A DNA stretch of 64,000 nucleotides from a virus: positions 9,576 through 73,575 of IMG/VR virus record IMGVR_UViG_3300025018_000143. One strand, 5' to 3'. Position numbers and translations under genes: made by a program. This document shows, one piece after another, positions 26,548 to 37,851 of the stretch. The notes under the pieces are model-generated. The model did not search any database. It saw nothing but the letters and a program-made list of their open reading frames with translations, and had not been told where the DNA came from. The number at the start of each line of letters is the position of its first letter. Position 1 is the stretch's first letter.

Positions 26548-28335
26548 ATGGCAAATTACGATAGCAATAAGCAAGCACATGAGCTTGTTATAGTAACTGA
26601 AACAATCACAGAGGATTCTTTATTCCTTTGTCAGGATGCTATAGGAAATCCTCTAGGAGTGGCAACTCCTGCATCAATTATCAAGACAGGATCAATTGAT
26701 GATATACAGGATGGTACTGAATACAAAAAAATATCATTGATAACCAAAACAGGATATGATGAGCATTTAGTTGATGTAACAAATCCGCATTATGTAACAA
26801 AGGATCAAATTGGTCTTTCTAATGTGGATAATACTGCTGATTTGGATAAGCCAATAAGCACTGATGTTGGTAGTGCCTTGAATATTCTTACCATTCAGAC
26901 AAACAGAATTACTCCTATAGAAAATGAGCTTGATTCTCATATAGGAAATATATCGAATCCACATACAGTATCAAAAGACCAAGTTGGACTTTCTAATGTG
27001 GATAATACTTCTGATTTGAATAAGCCAATAAGCACAGCTACACAAAGTGCTCTCGACACCAAAGCTAATGGTACAGGTACTGCATATGGATCCAATACCG
27101 GCGACCAAATAATTCCAACAACGTTGCCTGCTTCTGATGTATATGCCTGGGCTAAGCTCCCAGAGCCGCCAGATGCCACTATTCAATTTTATGATTATGA
27201 TAATAGAAATGATGCTCGGGCATTTGAACCTCTATCCGAAAATGTAATAATATCAATAGAGAGTTTAGGAGTTTTTTCTTGGAATGAAGGGAGTACAGAA
27301 TTAGATGATGATGAAAGCTGTTTTCTCACTGCTAATGGCGCATGGTTATTACAAGCAGCACATTGGGATTTAATTGATGCATGGCATGCAGATGAATTTG
27401 ATATTAATGCAAAAGAAGTAATTCGCCTTGAATCTGAAATTAACAGTCTTGAAAGTGAATTAAGCACTTCAAATAGTTATATTGGCAATTTAATTAAATT
27501 AGTTGATAATGAAAATAATATACTCAAAGCATCATTCACAAATACAGTTACTAGTGTTGCTGCGGATTCCTTAATCACTCTTAATGTCACAGTTACTGGC
27601 GCTGTTGTTGGCGATACTGTTATTATAACACCATCTGGGACAAGCCCATTTGGTAGTGATATTGGTGATGTATATGGTTTTGTTTCAGTAATTGATAACG
27701 TTGCAGTTACATTTATAGGGTCAGATACAAATATTAGCTATTTCCCAGCTGGGACGTGGCAAATATATGTGATAAAGGATATTTTGGATATTAACCCTAA
27801 TCACATCAAAACAACATTTTCAAATACTGTAGGAGCAGTTAGTCCCTTACAGAGATGGACAGTGAAAGTATCAGTGCCCGGTGCAAGTGTAAATGACACA
27901 GTTACACTTACAAGGAGTGGCCTCGGAGGAGGCAACCGCGATGGCGATGTATATGGTTTTGTTTCAGCAACTGATGAAGTAACCGTTGTATATACTGGTC
28001 GGGTCATCGACCAGGGCTCTTTTTCAACTGGTTCTTGGCCAATATGTATTATACAAAATAAATTTAAAGAATTAAATAATATAGAGATATTATTTAGGAG
28101 TACTATAACTGTAGTTAGTTCAAACCTTTGGGTAAAAGAGAAAGTATCAGTGCCCGGTGCAAGTGTAAATGACACAGTTATAATTACAAGAAATGGGCTG
28201 CCAGTATCAATGATAGAAGGGGACGTATATGGTTTTGTTTCAGCAACCGATGAAGTAACCGTTGTATATACTGGTCGAGACAACCAGGCCAGTTACTTCG
28301 CTGCTGGAATATGGACAATATGTGTTATAAAATAA
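26548..28335 (+). CDS. tail fibre / receptor-binding protein with internal repeats
   Basis: Two NPH.V.K.Q.GLSNVDNT.D..KPIST repeats; three C-terminal ~92-aa beta-rich repeats. Confidence 0.7.
   Translation: MANYDSNKQAHELVIVTETITEDSLFLCQDAIGNPLGVATPASIIKTGSIDDIQDGTEYKKISLITKTGYDEHLVDVTNPHYVTKDQIGLSNVDNTADLDKPISTDVGSALNILTIQTNRITPIENELDSHIGNISNPHTVSKDQVGLSNVDNTSDLNKPISTATQSALDTKANGTGTAYGSNTGDQIIPTTLPASDVYAWAKLPEPPDATIQFYDYDNRNDARAFEPLSENVIISIESLGVFSWNEGSTELDDDESCFLTANGAWLLQAAHWDLIDAWHADEFDINAKEVIRLESEINSLESELSTSNSYIGNLIKLVDNENNILKASFTNTVTSVAADSLITLNVTVTGAVVGDTVIITPSGTSPFGSDIGDVYGFVSVIDNVAVTFIGSDTNISYFPAGTWQIYVIKDILDINPNHIKTTFSNTVGAVSPLQRWTVKVSVPGASVNDTVTLTRSGLGGGNRDGDVYGFVSATDEVTVVYTGRVIDQGSFSTGSWPICIIQNKFKELNNIEILFRSTITVVSSNLWVKEKVSVPGASVNDTVIITRNGLPVSMIEGDVYGFVSATDEVTVVYTGRDNQASYFAAGIWTICVIK
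27864..28277 (+). repeat. 276-nt-period intragenic duplication
   Basis: 41-nt identical block (27864-27904 vs 28140-28180) and 53-nt block with one mismatch (27949-28001 vs 28225-28277). Confidence 0.9.
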
Positions 28336-28353
28336 TATAAAAAGGAAATAAAA

Positions 28354-29268
28354 ATGCCATCAGTACATACAATGAGGCTATTACGCAGCCTAGAAAAAAG
28401 CCAATTGACAAGCGGCGAATTAGAAACATATCTAAATTCAAGCATAGGTAATCTTTCTGAATTTAATATATTATTGTCATTACAAGCGCAAGCACAAAGA
28501 ATTGCAGCTGCGGAATCAACTCTCACTACAATTCTTGGTTCCGCTACTGCATCCAAATTGTTATTGAATAACCCAGTGTCATATGAAAAATTATTAACAG
28601 GATTCTCAGCATTTGGTGAGGCTACTGCATCAACGGATTTTGTAACATATATTCTAGCCAATCGAGGCGATTTTGACATAAATACTCTTTTTGAGGATAT
28701 ATGTCAAACAAATGACAAATCCTTAATTGCTCCTTTTCTTGCATCTTCTGAGTTTGTTACAACAGGGACTTCATTAAATCCAATTGGATTCTTTTATACT
28801 ATATGGTCAGATGATAATTGCATTACATCATTAGGTACCAGCGAAGCGTCTAAAGATGTATTAATAAATTATGCCACTGCCCAATTAGCTGCTGATACAA
28901 CTACTACATATACAACTATGAATAAATATTTGGAGCCTGCAAGCAATACATTTGTCGCCCAAGGCACAGAAGACAAATTTTTGGTATGCGCGATGGGATC
29001 TGAACAATATAATAACGCCACGTATACATTTACTGTTAATTCAGCAAGTAAAAGAGAAGGCTCAAATATTGAAATGTCTTATATCACTAGCACATTAGCT
29101 CAAACAGCTAATGTGCTAGTGATATTAAACACAATGAAATCGAGATATCTAGCTGATGCCAGCTGTAAGAATATACTACCTTTACAATATCCAGTATCAG
29201 GTATACACACGCCGGGCGTTTTAGCATGGGAACAATTATTATACATACCAATAACAGAACCTATTTAA
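28354..29268 (+). CDS. hypothetical tail-associated protein
   Basis: ORF with AAGGA RBS inside the fibre cassette. Confidence 0.6.
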   Translation: MPSVHTMRLLRSLEKSQLTSGELETYLNSSIGNLSEFNILLSLQAQAQRIAAAESTLTTILGSATASKLLLNNPVSYEKLLTGFSAFGEATASTDFVTYILANRGDFDINTLFEDICQTNDKSLIAPFLASSEFVTTGTSLNPIGFFYTIWSDDNCITSLGTSEASKDVLINYATAQLAADTTTTYTTMNKYLEPASNTFVAQGTEDKFLVCAMGSEQYNNATYTFTVNSASKREGSNIEMSYITSTLAQTANVLVILNTMKSRYLADASCKNILPLQYPVSGIHTPGVLAWEQLLYIPITEPI

Positions 29269-29289
29269 CATTTATAATAAAGGAATAAT

Positions 29290-29673
29290 ATGAAATTATT
29301 AATTAGAGAAAATAAAATTATCGGCAGCGCTACTGATGCATACACTGGTCCCGAAGAATTCATTACAGCGCCAGAAGGAATGGATGTTTCTAAATTGAGT
29401 GAATACGTCCTTAAGGATGGCGCAGTTGAGAGAGTGTATACAGTAACAATGCGACAGGCAAGGCTAGCTCTCCTACAATCTGGATTGCTGCCTACTATTG
29501 AAACAGCAATTGATTCAATGACAGATGAGGCACAAAAAGCCGCGATAAAAATAGAATGGGAATATGCAATGGATGTCAAGAGTGATTGGCCATGGGTTGT
29601 TACAATTACTGAAGGCCTTGGAATGACCAAAACAGATGTTGCCAATCTTTTTGAATTAGCTTCATCCTTATAA
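29290..29673 (+). CDS. putative tail fibre assembly-like protein
   Basis: VTMRQARLAL...GLL, IEWEYA, D.LF..A pattern common next to fibre genes. Confidence 0.6.
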   Translation: MKLLIRENKIIGSATDAYTGPEEFITAPEGMDVSKLSEYVLKDGAVERVYTVTMRQARLALLQSGLLPTIETAIDSMTDEAQKAAIKIEWEYAMDVKSDWPWVVTITEGLGMTKTDVANLFELASSL

Positions 29674-29682
29674 AGGAATAAA

Positions 29683-30996
29683 ATGTCTGCAACCATAACA
29701 ACCAGTTCAAGAGTTAATGCTGCTATTGTAGCACTGCAGGATTTCGCTGACTCGGATGTATACTTTTTTGCTGGGAGAAATGAAGTCTGGGATGATGAAG
29801 GTGTCCCTGATGTTGCTTTAAATTCTCCTAGTGAAATACGAAAAGTAAAACGATCCAATGTATTCATCAAAAATATATCCGATGAGAGAGCTGCCACTGG
29901 GCTGAAAAGATATGACTGGGAAGAAAATGTGATTTATACGCCATGGGATGATTCATTTGATATAAATGACTTCAATGAATGGCTAAGTCCTACCCAACCA
30001 TTCTATGTCTTTGTCATTGATTCTACTCCTTCTGGTCCACAATATAATGTTTATATGTGCATTGATAATAATTTTGGTTCTGCTTCTGTAAATAAACCTG
30101 TGGGGCAGGATCTTAATATTGTATCATACCAGGATGGTTATAAATGGAAATTCATGTATAATATACCATCCGATTATATTACATTTATAAGTGAATCATT
30201 TATTCCGTGTCCATATAAAACTGAGGACAAATCCGATCAACATATAGCAGTGGAAGCAAATGCGATACCCGGGACGATTGAAAGATTTGTTATAGAAAAT
30301 CCTGGGAGTGGGTACACAACCGCCACAATAACAATATATGGTGATGGTACTGGTGCTTTTGCATCTCCAGTAATTGATGCAGAAGGATTGGTTACAAGTT
30401 TTATTTTATCCTCATCTGGCACAAATTATTCATATGCAGATGTTGTTATATCAGGCGATGGTGCTGATGCTGTTTTCCGTGCTGTTGTGTCTCCATTGGA
30501 AGGACATGGTAGTAATGTAAATGTTCAATTAGGCGCTAATTTTGCATTATTCAAAGGTAGCTTAATAACAGATGAAGCAGGAGTATTTCCTAGTACTGTC
30601 AATTATAGACGCATTGGATTAATAAAAAACATGCAGAATAAATCCAATGTTCTATTAACTGGAGATCGGTATGATTTGACTGATCAAATTGAAGTATCCA
30701 ATATAATAGGGTCTTTCTTATATTCTGAAAGAGTTGTAGGTAATGTTTCTGGAGCTACTGCTGTTTTATATAATATTTCAAGCAGCGTTTTTTATGTGTC
30801 AGACCGTAGAGGAACTTTTTTAGTAGGAGAAGCAATTCATACAGCCTCAGATCCTAGTGTTATCGCCACAGTAACAGGAATTACTCTCAATAATATAAAT
30901 CTTAATAAAGGTGATATTCTGTATTATGAAAATTTTCAGCCAATGACAAGAAGGGCTGGTCAATCCGAATCATTCATTTTTAGTATAGAATTCTAA
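29683..30996 (+). CDS. gp8: baseplate wedge gp8
   Basis: RYDW....IY..WD, VY.C.DNN....S..KP, DGYKWKFMY, GHG, YRRIGLI. Confidence 0.88.
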   Translation: MSATITTSSRVNAAIVALQDFADSDVYFFAGRNEVWDDEGVPDVALNSPSEIRKVKRSNVFIKNISDERAATGLKRYDWEENVIYTPWDDSFDINDFNEWLSPTQPFYVFVIDSTPSGPQYNVYMCIDNNFGSASVNKPVGQDLNIVSYQDGYKWKFMYNIPSDYITFISESFIPCPYKTEDKSDQHIAVEANAIPGTIERFVIENPGSGYTTATITIYGDGTGAFASPVIDAEGLVTSFILSSSGTNYSYADVVISGDGADAVFRAVVSPLEGHGSNVNVQLGANFALFKGSLITDEAGVFPSTVNYRRIGLIKNMQNKSNVLLTGDRYDLTDQIEVSNIIGSFLYSERVVGNVSGATAVLYNISSSVFYVSDRRGTFLVGEAIHTASDPSVIATVTGITLNNINLNKGDILYYENFQPMTRRAGQSESFIFSIEF

Positions 30997-31006
30997 AGGA
31001 AAACAT

Positions 31007-31708
31007 ATGTCTGGGTTTGCATCATACATTTATAGCAGCAAAGATTATGGTTGGATTGATGATGGTGATATTTCTGATGATGATGATATAGGACTTCTTG
31101 ATTTTGAAGATGAAGAAGCCCCTATAGGCTTAATTTTATCAGCTTCTAAAAATAATGTCGCTCCAGTCACTATAGGACTTTGTATAAGATCAAGTGAAGA
31201 ATGTACCATAGAGAATAGAATCTATACTGGTTTATTGATATCAAAAAATTCCATAATGCCTTGTGAAACATTGAATGGTCCTGTTGATGATAATGAATAT
31301 ATTAGACTTGAAGGTGGAGATACTTCAAACAATAAATCAGGCGGCATACGATTTGGTCTAGGATATTTTGCATATGGTATTTCAACTTCAGAAAGTAATT
31401 TTCATAGTGATTGTGCTATACTATTAGGGGAAAGCCAGAAAATAGTCGTAGGATCAGGGCCAGAAGATGATACATACATAAGATTTTCAAGAGCCAGTGA
31501 ATATTTAAATATACAAGGTATTAATTCAATAAGGATTAATGGTTTGCAGGTACTTCATGAAAGAATATCTGGATGGACCGCGCCTGCAGGAACTATATCA
31601 AGAGGTGGATTCAATATTGATGATCCTTTATTAACTGCTGCTGATGTTGGTAGTGCTGTGGGAGCATTAATAGCTGATCTAACCTCTCATGGATTAATAG
31701 GGGCATAA
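31007..31708 (+). CDS. virion structural protein (fibre-like C-terminus)
   Basis: C-terminal RI.GWTAP.GT..R...ALIADL..HGLIG. Confidence 0.6.
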   Translation: MSGFASYIYSSKDYGWIDDGDISDDDDIGLLDFEDEEAPIGLILSASKNNVAPVTIGLCIRSSEECTIENRIYTGLLISKNSIMPCETLNGPVDDNEYIRLEGGDTSNNKSGGIRFGLGYFAYGISTSESNFHSDCAILLGESQKIVVGSGPEDDTYIRFSRASEYLNIQGINSIRINGLQVLHERISGWTAPAGTISRGGFNIDDPLLTAADVGSAVGALIADLTSHGLIGA

Positions 31709-31709
31709 T

Positions 31710-31883
31710 ATGAAAATAGAATTAAATGAAAAGCAATTGAAGGTATTGAATGATGCTTTAATAGAGCTTCCTTTTAAAATAGCTGCGCCAATAATTAATC
31801 ATATAAACAATGAAATAAATAAGAATATTGAATTATCAAATACAATTAAAAAAAGTAATGATGAACCATTGATAAATACATGA
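31710..31883 (+). CDS. small hypothetical protein (absent from ORF track)
   Basis: MKIELNEKQLKVLNDALIELPFKIAAPIINHI..., 57 aa. Confidence 0.6.
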   Translation: MKIELNEKQLKVLNDALIELPFKIAAPIINHINNEINKNIELSNTIKKSNDEPLINT

Positions 31884-31932
31884 GGAAGTACTAAATTGAA
31901 TTTACCCATTATCAAAGTAACAAAGGAATAAT

Positions 31933-34900
31933 ATGATATCTTTCAACCGCAGCCCATACTATGATGATTTCGAAGGATCAAAGAAATTTCATAGAATCCT
32001 ATATAGGCCTTCCTATGCTGTACAAGCAAGAGAGCTTACCCAACAGCAAACAATTTTACAAGCACAAATTTCACGATTCGGGGAGCATATATTCAAAAAC
32101 GGGTCCATGGTAATTCCTGGACATATTATGTTTGATACAGAAGTCTTCTATGTGAAAATTAATGCTGCTTATAATGGATTTGAAGTTGATGAAACAGCTT
32201 TTATTGGTTCTATTATAGAAGGGGTTACCTCTGGCGCAAAAGCTGAAGTAATGCTTTCTTCTGGTGTTGAAGGAACTGATCCTAAGACTTTGTATATCAA
32301 GTATACTGACTCTGGGCCTCTTAATGCTCTTTCATTCCTGGATGGTGAAGTTCTTCAAATAGTAGCTAATACAAATGTCAAATGTGAAGTCCGAGGGACT
32401 TTTGATGGCACTTCAACATTGAATATTGGTGATAGCTGTATAGCATCTATTCAAGAAGGTATTTACTTCATTAATGGATATTTCGTTATAGTTGACACCC
32501 AATCGATTGTTGCTAGTAAGTACACAAACAACCCCTCATTGAAGATTGGACTCCAGCTATACGAGTACATTGTTACAGCCGAAGATGATGCGTCATTGAG
32601 AGATAATGCACAAGGATCGTATAATTACGCTGCTCCCGGTGCTGATAGATATAAACTTGATCTTAAACTTGAAACTGCAGGCATTGATGATATACTGAAT
32701 GATGATTTTATTGAAATACAAAGAATAGATGCTGGGTACATTGTTAATGAAGTACGTGACCCAGAATACAATGAACTGGAAAAAACATTAGCAAGACGGA
32801 CATATGATGAGTCAGGTGATTATACCGTTAGAAAATATAATCTTAATATCAAAGAGCATCTCCTAGATCCTCTTATCCCTAGATTGAAAAATGGTAGATA
32901 TCTTGCGATAGAAGGCGGCGATGAATCAAAAATTGCTATTGGTGTTGAACCAGGGAAATCATATGTACGTGGGTTTGAGCGATCAAATATTGCTACTACA
33001 TGGGTTCCTTCTAATAAAGCGAGAACTACCTCAGCAAATAACAATAGTGTAACAAATTGCAATATTGGTCAATTTATTTATATTCAACAGCTTCATAAAT
33101 TCCCAGATATTGCTAAATATGCAACCATTAAATTATATGATGTTGCTGGGAGCGATGGTGTATTATCAAGTGTAAATAATTTAATAGGTACTGCAAGGGT
33201 TCGTGGGATTCAACTAGTTGAATCCGATGCTACTCCTTCGCTTTCTGTATATAAATTATTCTTATTCGATATTGCTATTAATACAGGAAGAGCTTGGTCT
33301 GAAGTTCTTTGGATTGAATCACAAGATACTGATCTTATTTTCACAGCAAGCACTGACATTGATATATCCAGCGCATATTATGATTATGCATTCTCGATTC
33401 AACAACCAGCAAATAAAACCTCAGTATTTCATTTACCTCATCAATACATAAAAACATTGAAAATTGATGGTGTGTCTGATACCACATATACTGTACAGAG
33501 AACATATACTAATAAAAGTTCCAATGCTGGTGTTATTGCTATTTCAGCAGGATCCAATCAATTATTTGATACATACAATGGATCAAATTATGTTGTAATG
33601 AATATTAACGGAACTACTGCTAATAATTCATTTGTTCCTATATCAAGTGTCACATTAGTTGCTGGTGGAGCTTCTGTTGAAATTAATCTTGGAGCGTATC
33701 CTGATAGTGATTTCAGGGTGATATTGCCTGTAATTAAAACTGTTGCTGTAGAAAAAACAAAAACAAAACAAACAGCTGTTTTTGATATTGTAGGCGCAGA
33801 TATAAATTTAATACCAAGTGGATATAATGTTCTGAATAAAGCTGATGGTTATAGATTAGTTTCTGTAATGCTGAATTCAGTTACTGATATTACCAATCGG
33901 TATGAATTTGATTCTGGACAGAGAGAAGCTTTTTATGATCTAGCAAGAATTCGTTTACGTAATGATGCAGCTCCTGTAAAAAGTACAGATACATTAACCG
34001 TAACATATGAGTATTTTTCACATGGTGCTGGTGATTATAGTTCTGTAGATTCTTATTCAACTTTGGATTATAGTGAAATTCCTTTCTTCTTTTCAGAATC
34101 TGGAGTTTTTGCATTATCGGATTGTGTTGATTTTAGACCTGTTGCTAATTCTTCTGGTGGGTGGGATACAAGTAATGAATTACCGATACCGCTATCAAAT
34201 TTTAGATCGGATTATGAATATTATCTTGGAAGAATAGATAAACTAGTTATTGATTATACTGGCATATTTAATGTTATTGAAGGTCAACCTTCATCTTCTC
34301 CAAAGCCGCCGAAATCTCCTGATAATGCTATGCTATTATTTGAGATTACAATGAATCCATATGGTGTTTCTGTTGCTGATATAAAACCGAAGTTTATTGA
34401 AAATAAACGATATACAATGAGGGATATTGGTAGCCTTGAGAAAAGAATAGGAAATCTTGAATATTATACAGCTCTTTCTCTTCTTGAGAGAGAAACTGCT
34501 GAATTTCAAATAAAAGATGAAAATGGTTTGGATAGATTTAAGAATGGTTTTATTGTAGAACCATTCAATAGTCATGCTCTAGGTGATTCAACAAGTATTG
34601 ATTATAAATGTTCAATTGATCAAACTGAAGAAAAAATGAGACCTACTTTTTCTTCTGACTCTATAGATTTGGAATTTGATCCTGATCTTTCAGTTAATGT
34701 TGTTCGTAATGGGAATCTTGTTACATTGCCATTTACTAGCGTTGCGCTTATTTCACAAACGTTAAATTCTACCTCAGAGAACATAAACCCATTTGCAGTA
34801 AGATCATTTCGGGGTGTAATGGATTTCAATCCTGATTCTGATAACTGGTATGATACATCTAAAAATGGTACTATCATTGTTAATGATGATGAAAATATGG

Positions 34901-37836
34901 CTGCTTTACAACAAATAGCAGACCAAGCAAACCTTAATGGTATAACATGGAATGATTGGGAAACCACATGGACTGGTGTAGAATACTCACATCGATATGG
35001 ATGGAATAGATATCTTGGCTTAGATGGTGCCGGCGGACCTAGTTGGTACGGCAATGTCAGATACCCTTATAATAATAACCTTAATGGCTGGTATAATGGC
35101 GATTATTACGGCGGTGTCGACGGCTGGTACAGCGACAATTATTATGATCGTGGGTTTAATAATTATAATGATATAACATGGAATAATTATTGGTATCAGA
35201 CACACGGATGGTCCAGGAACTGGCTTGCTACCACTGTTTCAAGCCAAGAAAGAACTGGTCTCCAGACTACAAGCACTGTAAATATTTCAGAGCGTGATAT
35301 CGGTGATCGTGTTGTTAGTATGAACTATATCCCTTATATGAGAAGTATAGCAATACTAATCAAAGTAGAAAATATGAAACCTAATACGATCATATACCCT
35401 TTCTTTGATGATATCGATGTTGCTCCATATTGTATTCAAGCTTCTAGGGTGGCTATATCATCTAAAGTAGGTGATTTTCTCACAAACAATAAATCTGAGG
35501 AATATGTAACATCATCTGGTGGTGGGAATGCTAAAATTGTATTCCAGAGTCCTTCTGAATTGGCTTTTGTGGAATGGGATGGTATAGGATTTGCTTCAGG
35601 ACAAACTGTTATTGGAAGCACTTCTGGAAGCACTGCAGTGTTGGCTGCTAATCTTGTGTTGAATTCTGCAAGCGGTCCATTTACTACTGATGCATTAGGT
35701 AGAGTTGCTATGATGTTTCGTATACCTAGTAATGATACTTTAAAATTCAGAACAGGCGACAGAACATTTTTACTTACTGATCAAATAAATAATACCCAAT
35801 ACAACCAAACAGTAAGCCAAGGTATTTTCAAGAGTGAAGGTGTAATGAATATTACTGAAGGTACTATTCTTTCTACTGCTACTCTTCAAACAACAACAAA
35901 TACTGTTGAAGAAGAAAGAATTGTTAGAAACACTAATCTATTTGGTTGGGGTTGGAATAAACATGATAAAAGGGCAAGAAGATATAGTGCATCTGGCTGG
36001 CCATACAGTTATTGTTATGATGATCCTCTTGCTCAAACATTTCTCATTGAAGATGAAGGTGGTTGTTTTGTTACAAAATGTGATATTTACTTTAAGGATA
36101 AAGATTCTGAAAATAGACCTGTTATTTTCCAGATTCGTGAAGTTGAGAATGGATATCCTTCTCAGGCAGTAGCACCATATTCTGAAGTCATAAAATATCC
36201 ACATGAAATAACCACATCAACTGATGGTTCTGTTGCTACAACCTTTGTTCTTAATTCACCTGTATATTTACAACAAGGCACTGAATATTGCTTTGTGTTG
36301 CTTACAGATTCATTTGATTATAATGTATGGATAGGTGAAGTAGGACAAACTGATATTATATCCAATAATTTGATTTCCAAGCAGCCTGCTACTGGTGTTT
36401 TATTCAAATCACAGAATGCAAGTACATGGACTGCTAATCAATTACAGGATATGAAATTCATTTTATATAAGGCTAGATTTGCTATTGAAACTGCTGAGGG
36501 TTCAGGCGTACCTAATTATGGTGAAACAGTATTACATAACAAATCACTTTCTCCTGCATATATTGGATCAAATCCATTAGAGACATTTGAAGGCTCTAAT
36601 CTTGTAAGAGTTAGACATTATTCTCATGGATTCTCAAATGGAAGCACAGTAACATTATCAGGATTTGATGATTCTGAAGGATTGTTTAATAACATCCCTG
36701 CAAGTGAAATTAATGGTTCTCATATTGTATACAGAGTTGAAATTGACTCCTATGTGATTCAAGTTTCAACTCTTGCGAATGATTCTGGTTTGGTGGGTGG
36801 TAATACTGGTTTGGCAACAAGAAATGTACAATTGGATGTTTTTAGACCTAATATAACAGAAGTGATTGTTACTGGTGCTGGATCTTCTTGGTTTGTAAGA
36901 AGTACATCAGGTCAATCTGTTAATGGAAATCAAACACCTTATGTAAAGGAATCATCTTATTCATTAATAAATGTTACTGAAAATAATTTTTTTAATACAG
37001 CAAAAGTTATTGCTAGTGATGATAATGAAAATATTTCAATGGCAGGTGAGAAGTCATTGGATGTGAAAAATGTAATTTTTAGTAATAACAGAAATATTTC
37101 ACCTGTGCTTGATCTAGGCAGAGCTTCTTGTATTGCAGTAGGTAATAGAATTGATTATCCTTCTTATGATACTGCTAATAAAACTATAACAGTTACAGCA
37201 GGTAGTTATGAAGTTGTTGTGTCTCATGTTGATCATGGAATTTCAACAGGGACATTTGTTGAAATATCAGCATCCACAACAATTGGTTCATTAACAGCAA
37301 GTGAGCTTTCTGGATTCTTTGGTATTACAAGAATTGATGATGATTCATATAAATTTAAAGTGATTTCTAATACTACTCCAACAAATGGATCTGGTCTTGT
37401 CAGTGTAACATGGAGTACCTCACATTATAAGAATATTCCAGAAAATGTTCCTGCAGGAAGCTCTGGTATAGCTAGGTATATAACAAGAAGAATAACATTG
37501 GAAGAGCCTGCTGTTGCAGTAAAGATTATTATATCTGCTGTTGCAATGGATGAAGCTGAATTTGAGATTTGGTATAAAAAACAAAGTCCTTCAGATAATA
37601 ATTTATTTGAAAATCTACCTTGGACTAAATTAACTACTGATTCTTTTGTTGCATTGTCAAGTAATATTACTGATTATAGGGATTATGAGTACACAAAAGA
37701 ATTCTTTATTGATGAACCAACAAATAGTATCCCAGATGAGTATACATCTATTGCTTTTAAATTAGTAATGAAATCAACTAATTCAAATAGAGTTCCTATA
37801 TTTGATAACCTCAGAGTAATTTGTTTAGGCACTTAA
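31933..37836 (+). CDS. large virion structural protein (DUF4815/VrlC-like)
   Basis: PYYDDF, LYRP..AVQARELTQ.Q, APGADR, LARRTYDESG.Y, RYTMRDIG, RFKNGF, DPLAQTF, LFKSQNASTW. Confidence 0.85.
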   Translation: MISFNRSPYYDDFEGSKKFHRILYRPSYAVQARELTQQQTILQAQISRFGEHIFKNGSMVIPGHIMFDTEVFYVKINAAYNGFEVDETAFIGSIIEGVTSGAKAEVMLSSGVEGTDPKTLYIKYTDSGPLNALSFLDGEVLQIVANTNVKCEVRGTFDGTSTLNIGDSCIASIQEGIYFINGYFVIVDTQSIVASKYTNNPSLKIGLQLYEYIVTAEDDASLRDNAQGSYNYAAPGADRYKLDLKLETAGIDDILNDDFIEIQRIDAGYIVNEVRDPEYNELEKTLARRTYDESGDYTVRKYNLNIKEHLLDPLIPRLKNGRYLAIEGGDESKIAIGVEPGKSYVRGFERSNIATTWVPSNKARTTSANNNSVTNCNIGQFIYIQQLHKFPDIAKYATIKLYDVAGSDGVLSSVNNLIGTARVRGIQLVESDATPSLSVYKLFLFDIAINTGRAWSEVLWIESQDTDLIFTASTDIDISSAYYDYAFSIQQPANKTSVFHLPHQYIKTLKIDGVSDTTYTVQRTYTNKSSNAGVIAISAGSNQLFDTYNGSNYVVMNINGTTANNSFVPISSVTLVAGGASVEINLGAYPDSDFRVILPVIKTVAVEKTKTKQTAVFDIVGADINLIPSGYNVLNKADGYRLVSVMLNSVTDITNRYEFDSGQREAFYDLARIRLRNDAAPVKSTDTLTVTYEYFSHGAGDYSSVDSYSTLDYSEIPFFFSESGVFALSDCVDFRPVANSSGGWDTSNELPIPLSNFRSDYEYYLGRIDKLVIDYTGIFNVIEGQPSSSPKPPKSPDNAMLLFEITMNPYGVSVADIKPKFIENKRYTMRDIGSLEKRIGNLEYYTALSLLERETAEFQIKDENGLDRFKNGFIVEPFNSHALGDSTSIDYKCSIDQTEEKMRPTFSSDSIDLEFDPDLSVNVVRNGNLVTLPFTSVALISQTLNSTSENINPFAVRSFRGVMDFNPDSDNWYDTSKNGTIIVNDDENMAALQQIADQANLNGITWNDWETTWTGVEYSHRYGWNRYLGLDGAGGPSWYGNVRYPYNNNLNGWYNGDYYGGVDGWYSDNYYDRGFNNYNDITWNNYWYQTHGWSRNWLATTVSSQERTGLQTTSTVNISERDIGDRVVSMNYIPYMRSIAILIKVENMKPNTIIYPFFDDIDVAPYCIQASRVAISSKVGDFLTNNKSEEYVTSSGGGNAKIVFQSPSELAFVEWDGIGFASGQTVIGSTSGSTAVLAANLVLNSASGPFTTDALGRVAMMFRIPSNDTLKFRTGDRTFLLTDQINNTQYNQTVSQGIFKSEGVMNITEGTILSTATLQTTTNTVEEERIVRNTNLFGWGWNKHDKRARRYSASGWPYSYCYDDPLAQTFLIEDEGGCFVTKCDIYFKDKDSENRPVIFQIREVENGYPSQAVAPYSEVIKYPHEITTSTDGSVATTFVLNSPVYLQQGTEYCFVLLTDSFDYNVWIGEVGQTDIISNNLISKQPATGVLFKSQNASTWTANQLQDMKFILYKARFAIETAEGSGVPNYGETVLHNKSLSPAYIGSNPLETFEGSNLVRVRHYSHGFSNGSTVTLSGFDDSEGLFNNIPASEINGSHIVYRVEIDSYVIQVSTLANDSGLVGGNTGLATRNVQLDVFRPNITEVIVTGAGSSWFVRSTSGQSVNGNQTPYVKESSYSLINVTENNFFNTAKVIASDDNENISMAGEKSLDVKNVIFSNNRNISPVLDLGRASCIAVGNRIDYPSYDTANKTITVTAGSYEVVVSHVDHGISTGTFVEISASTTIGSLTASELSGFFGITRIDDDSYKFKVISNTTPTNGSGLVSVTWSTSHYKNIPENVPAGSSGIARYITRRITLEEPAVAVKIIISAVAMDEAEFEIWYKKQSPSDNNLFENLPWTKLTTDSFVALSSNITDYRDYEYTKEFFIDEPTNSIPDEYTSIAFKLVMKSTNSNRVPIFDNLRVICLGT

Positions 37837-37851
37837 TAATTAGGAGATACA

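Noticed and set aside
27864-28277. Diversity-generating retroelement TR/VR pair
   Set aside because: Both copies are in-frame domains, differences are not adenine-restricted, and no reverse transcriptase is in the window.
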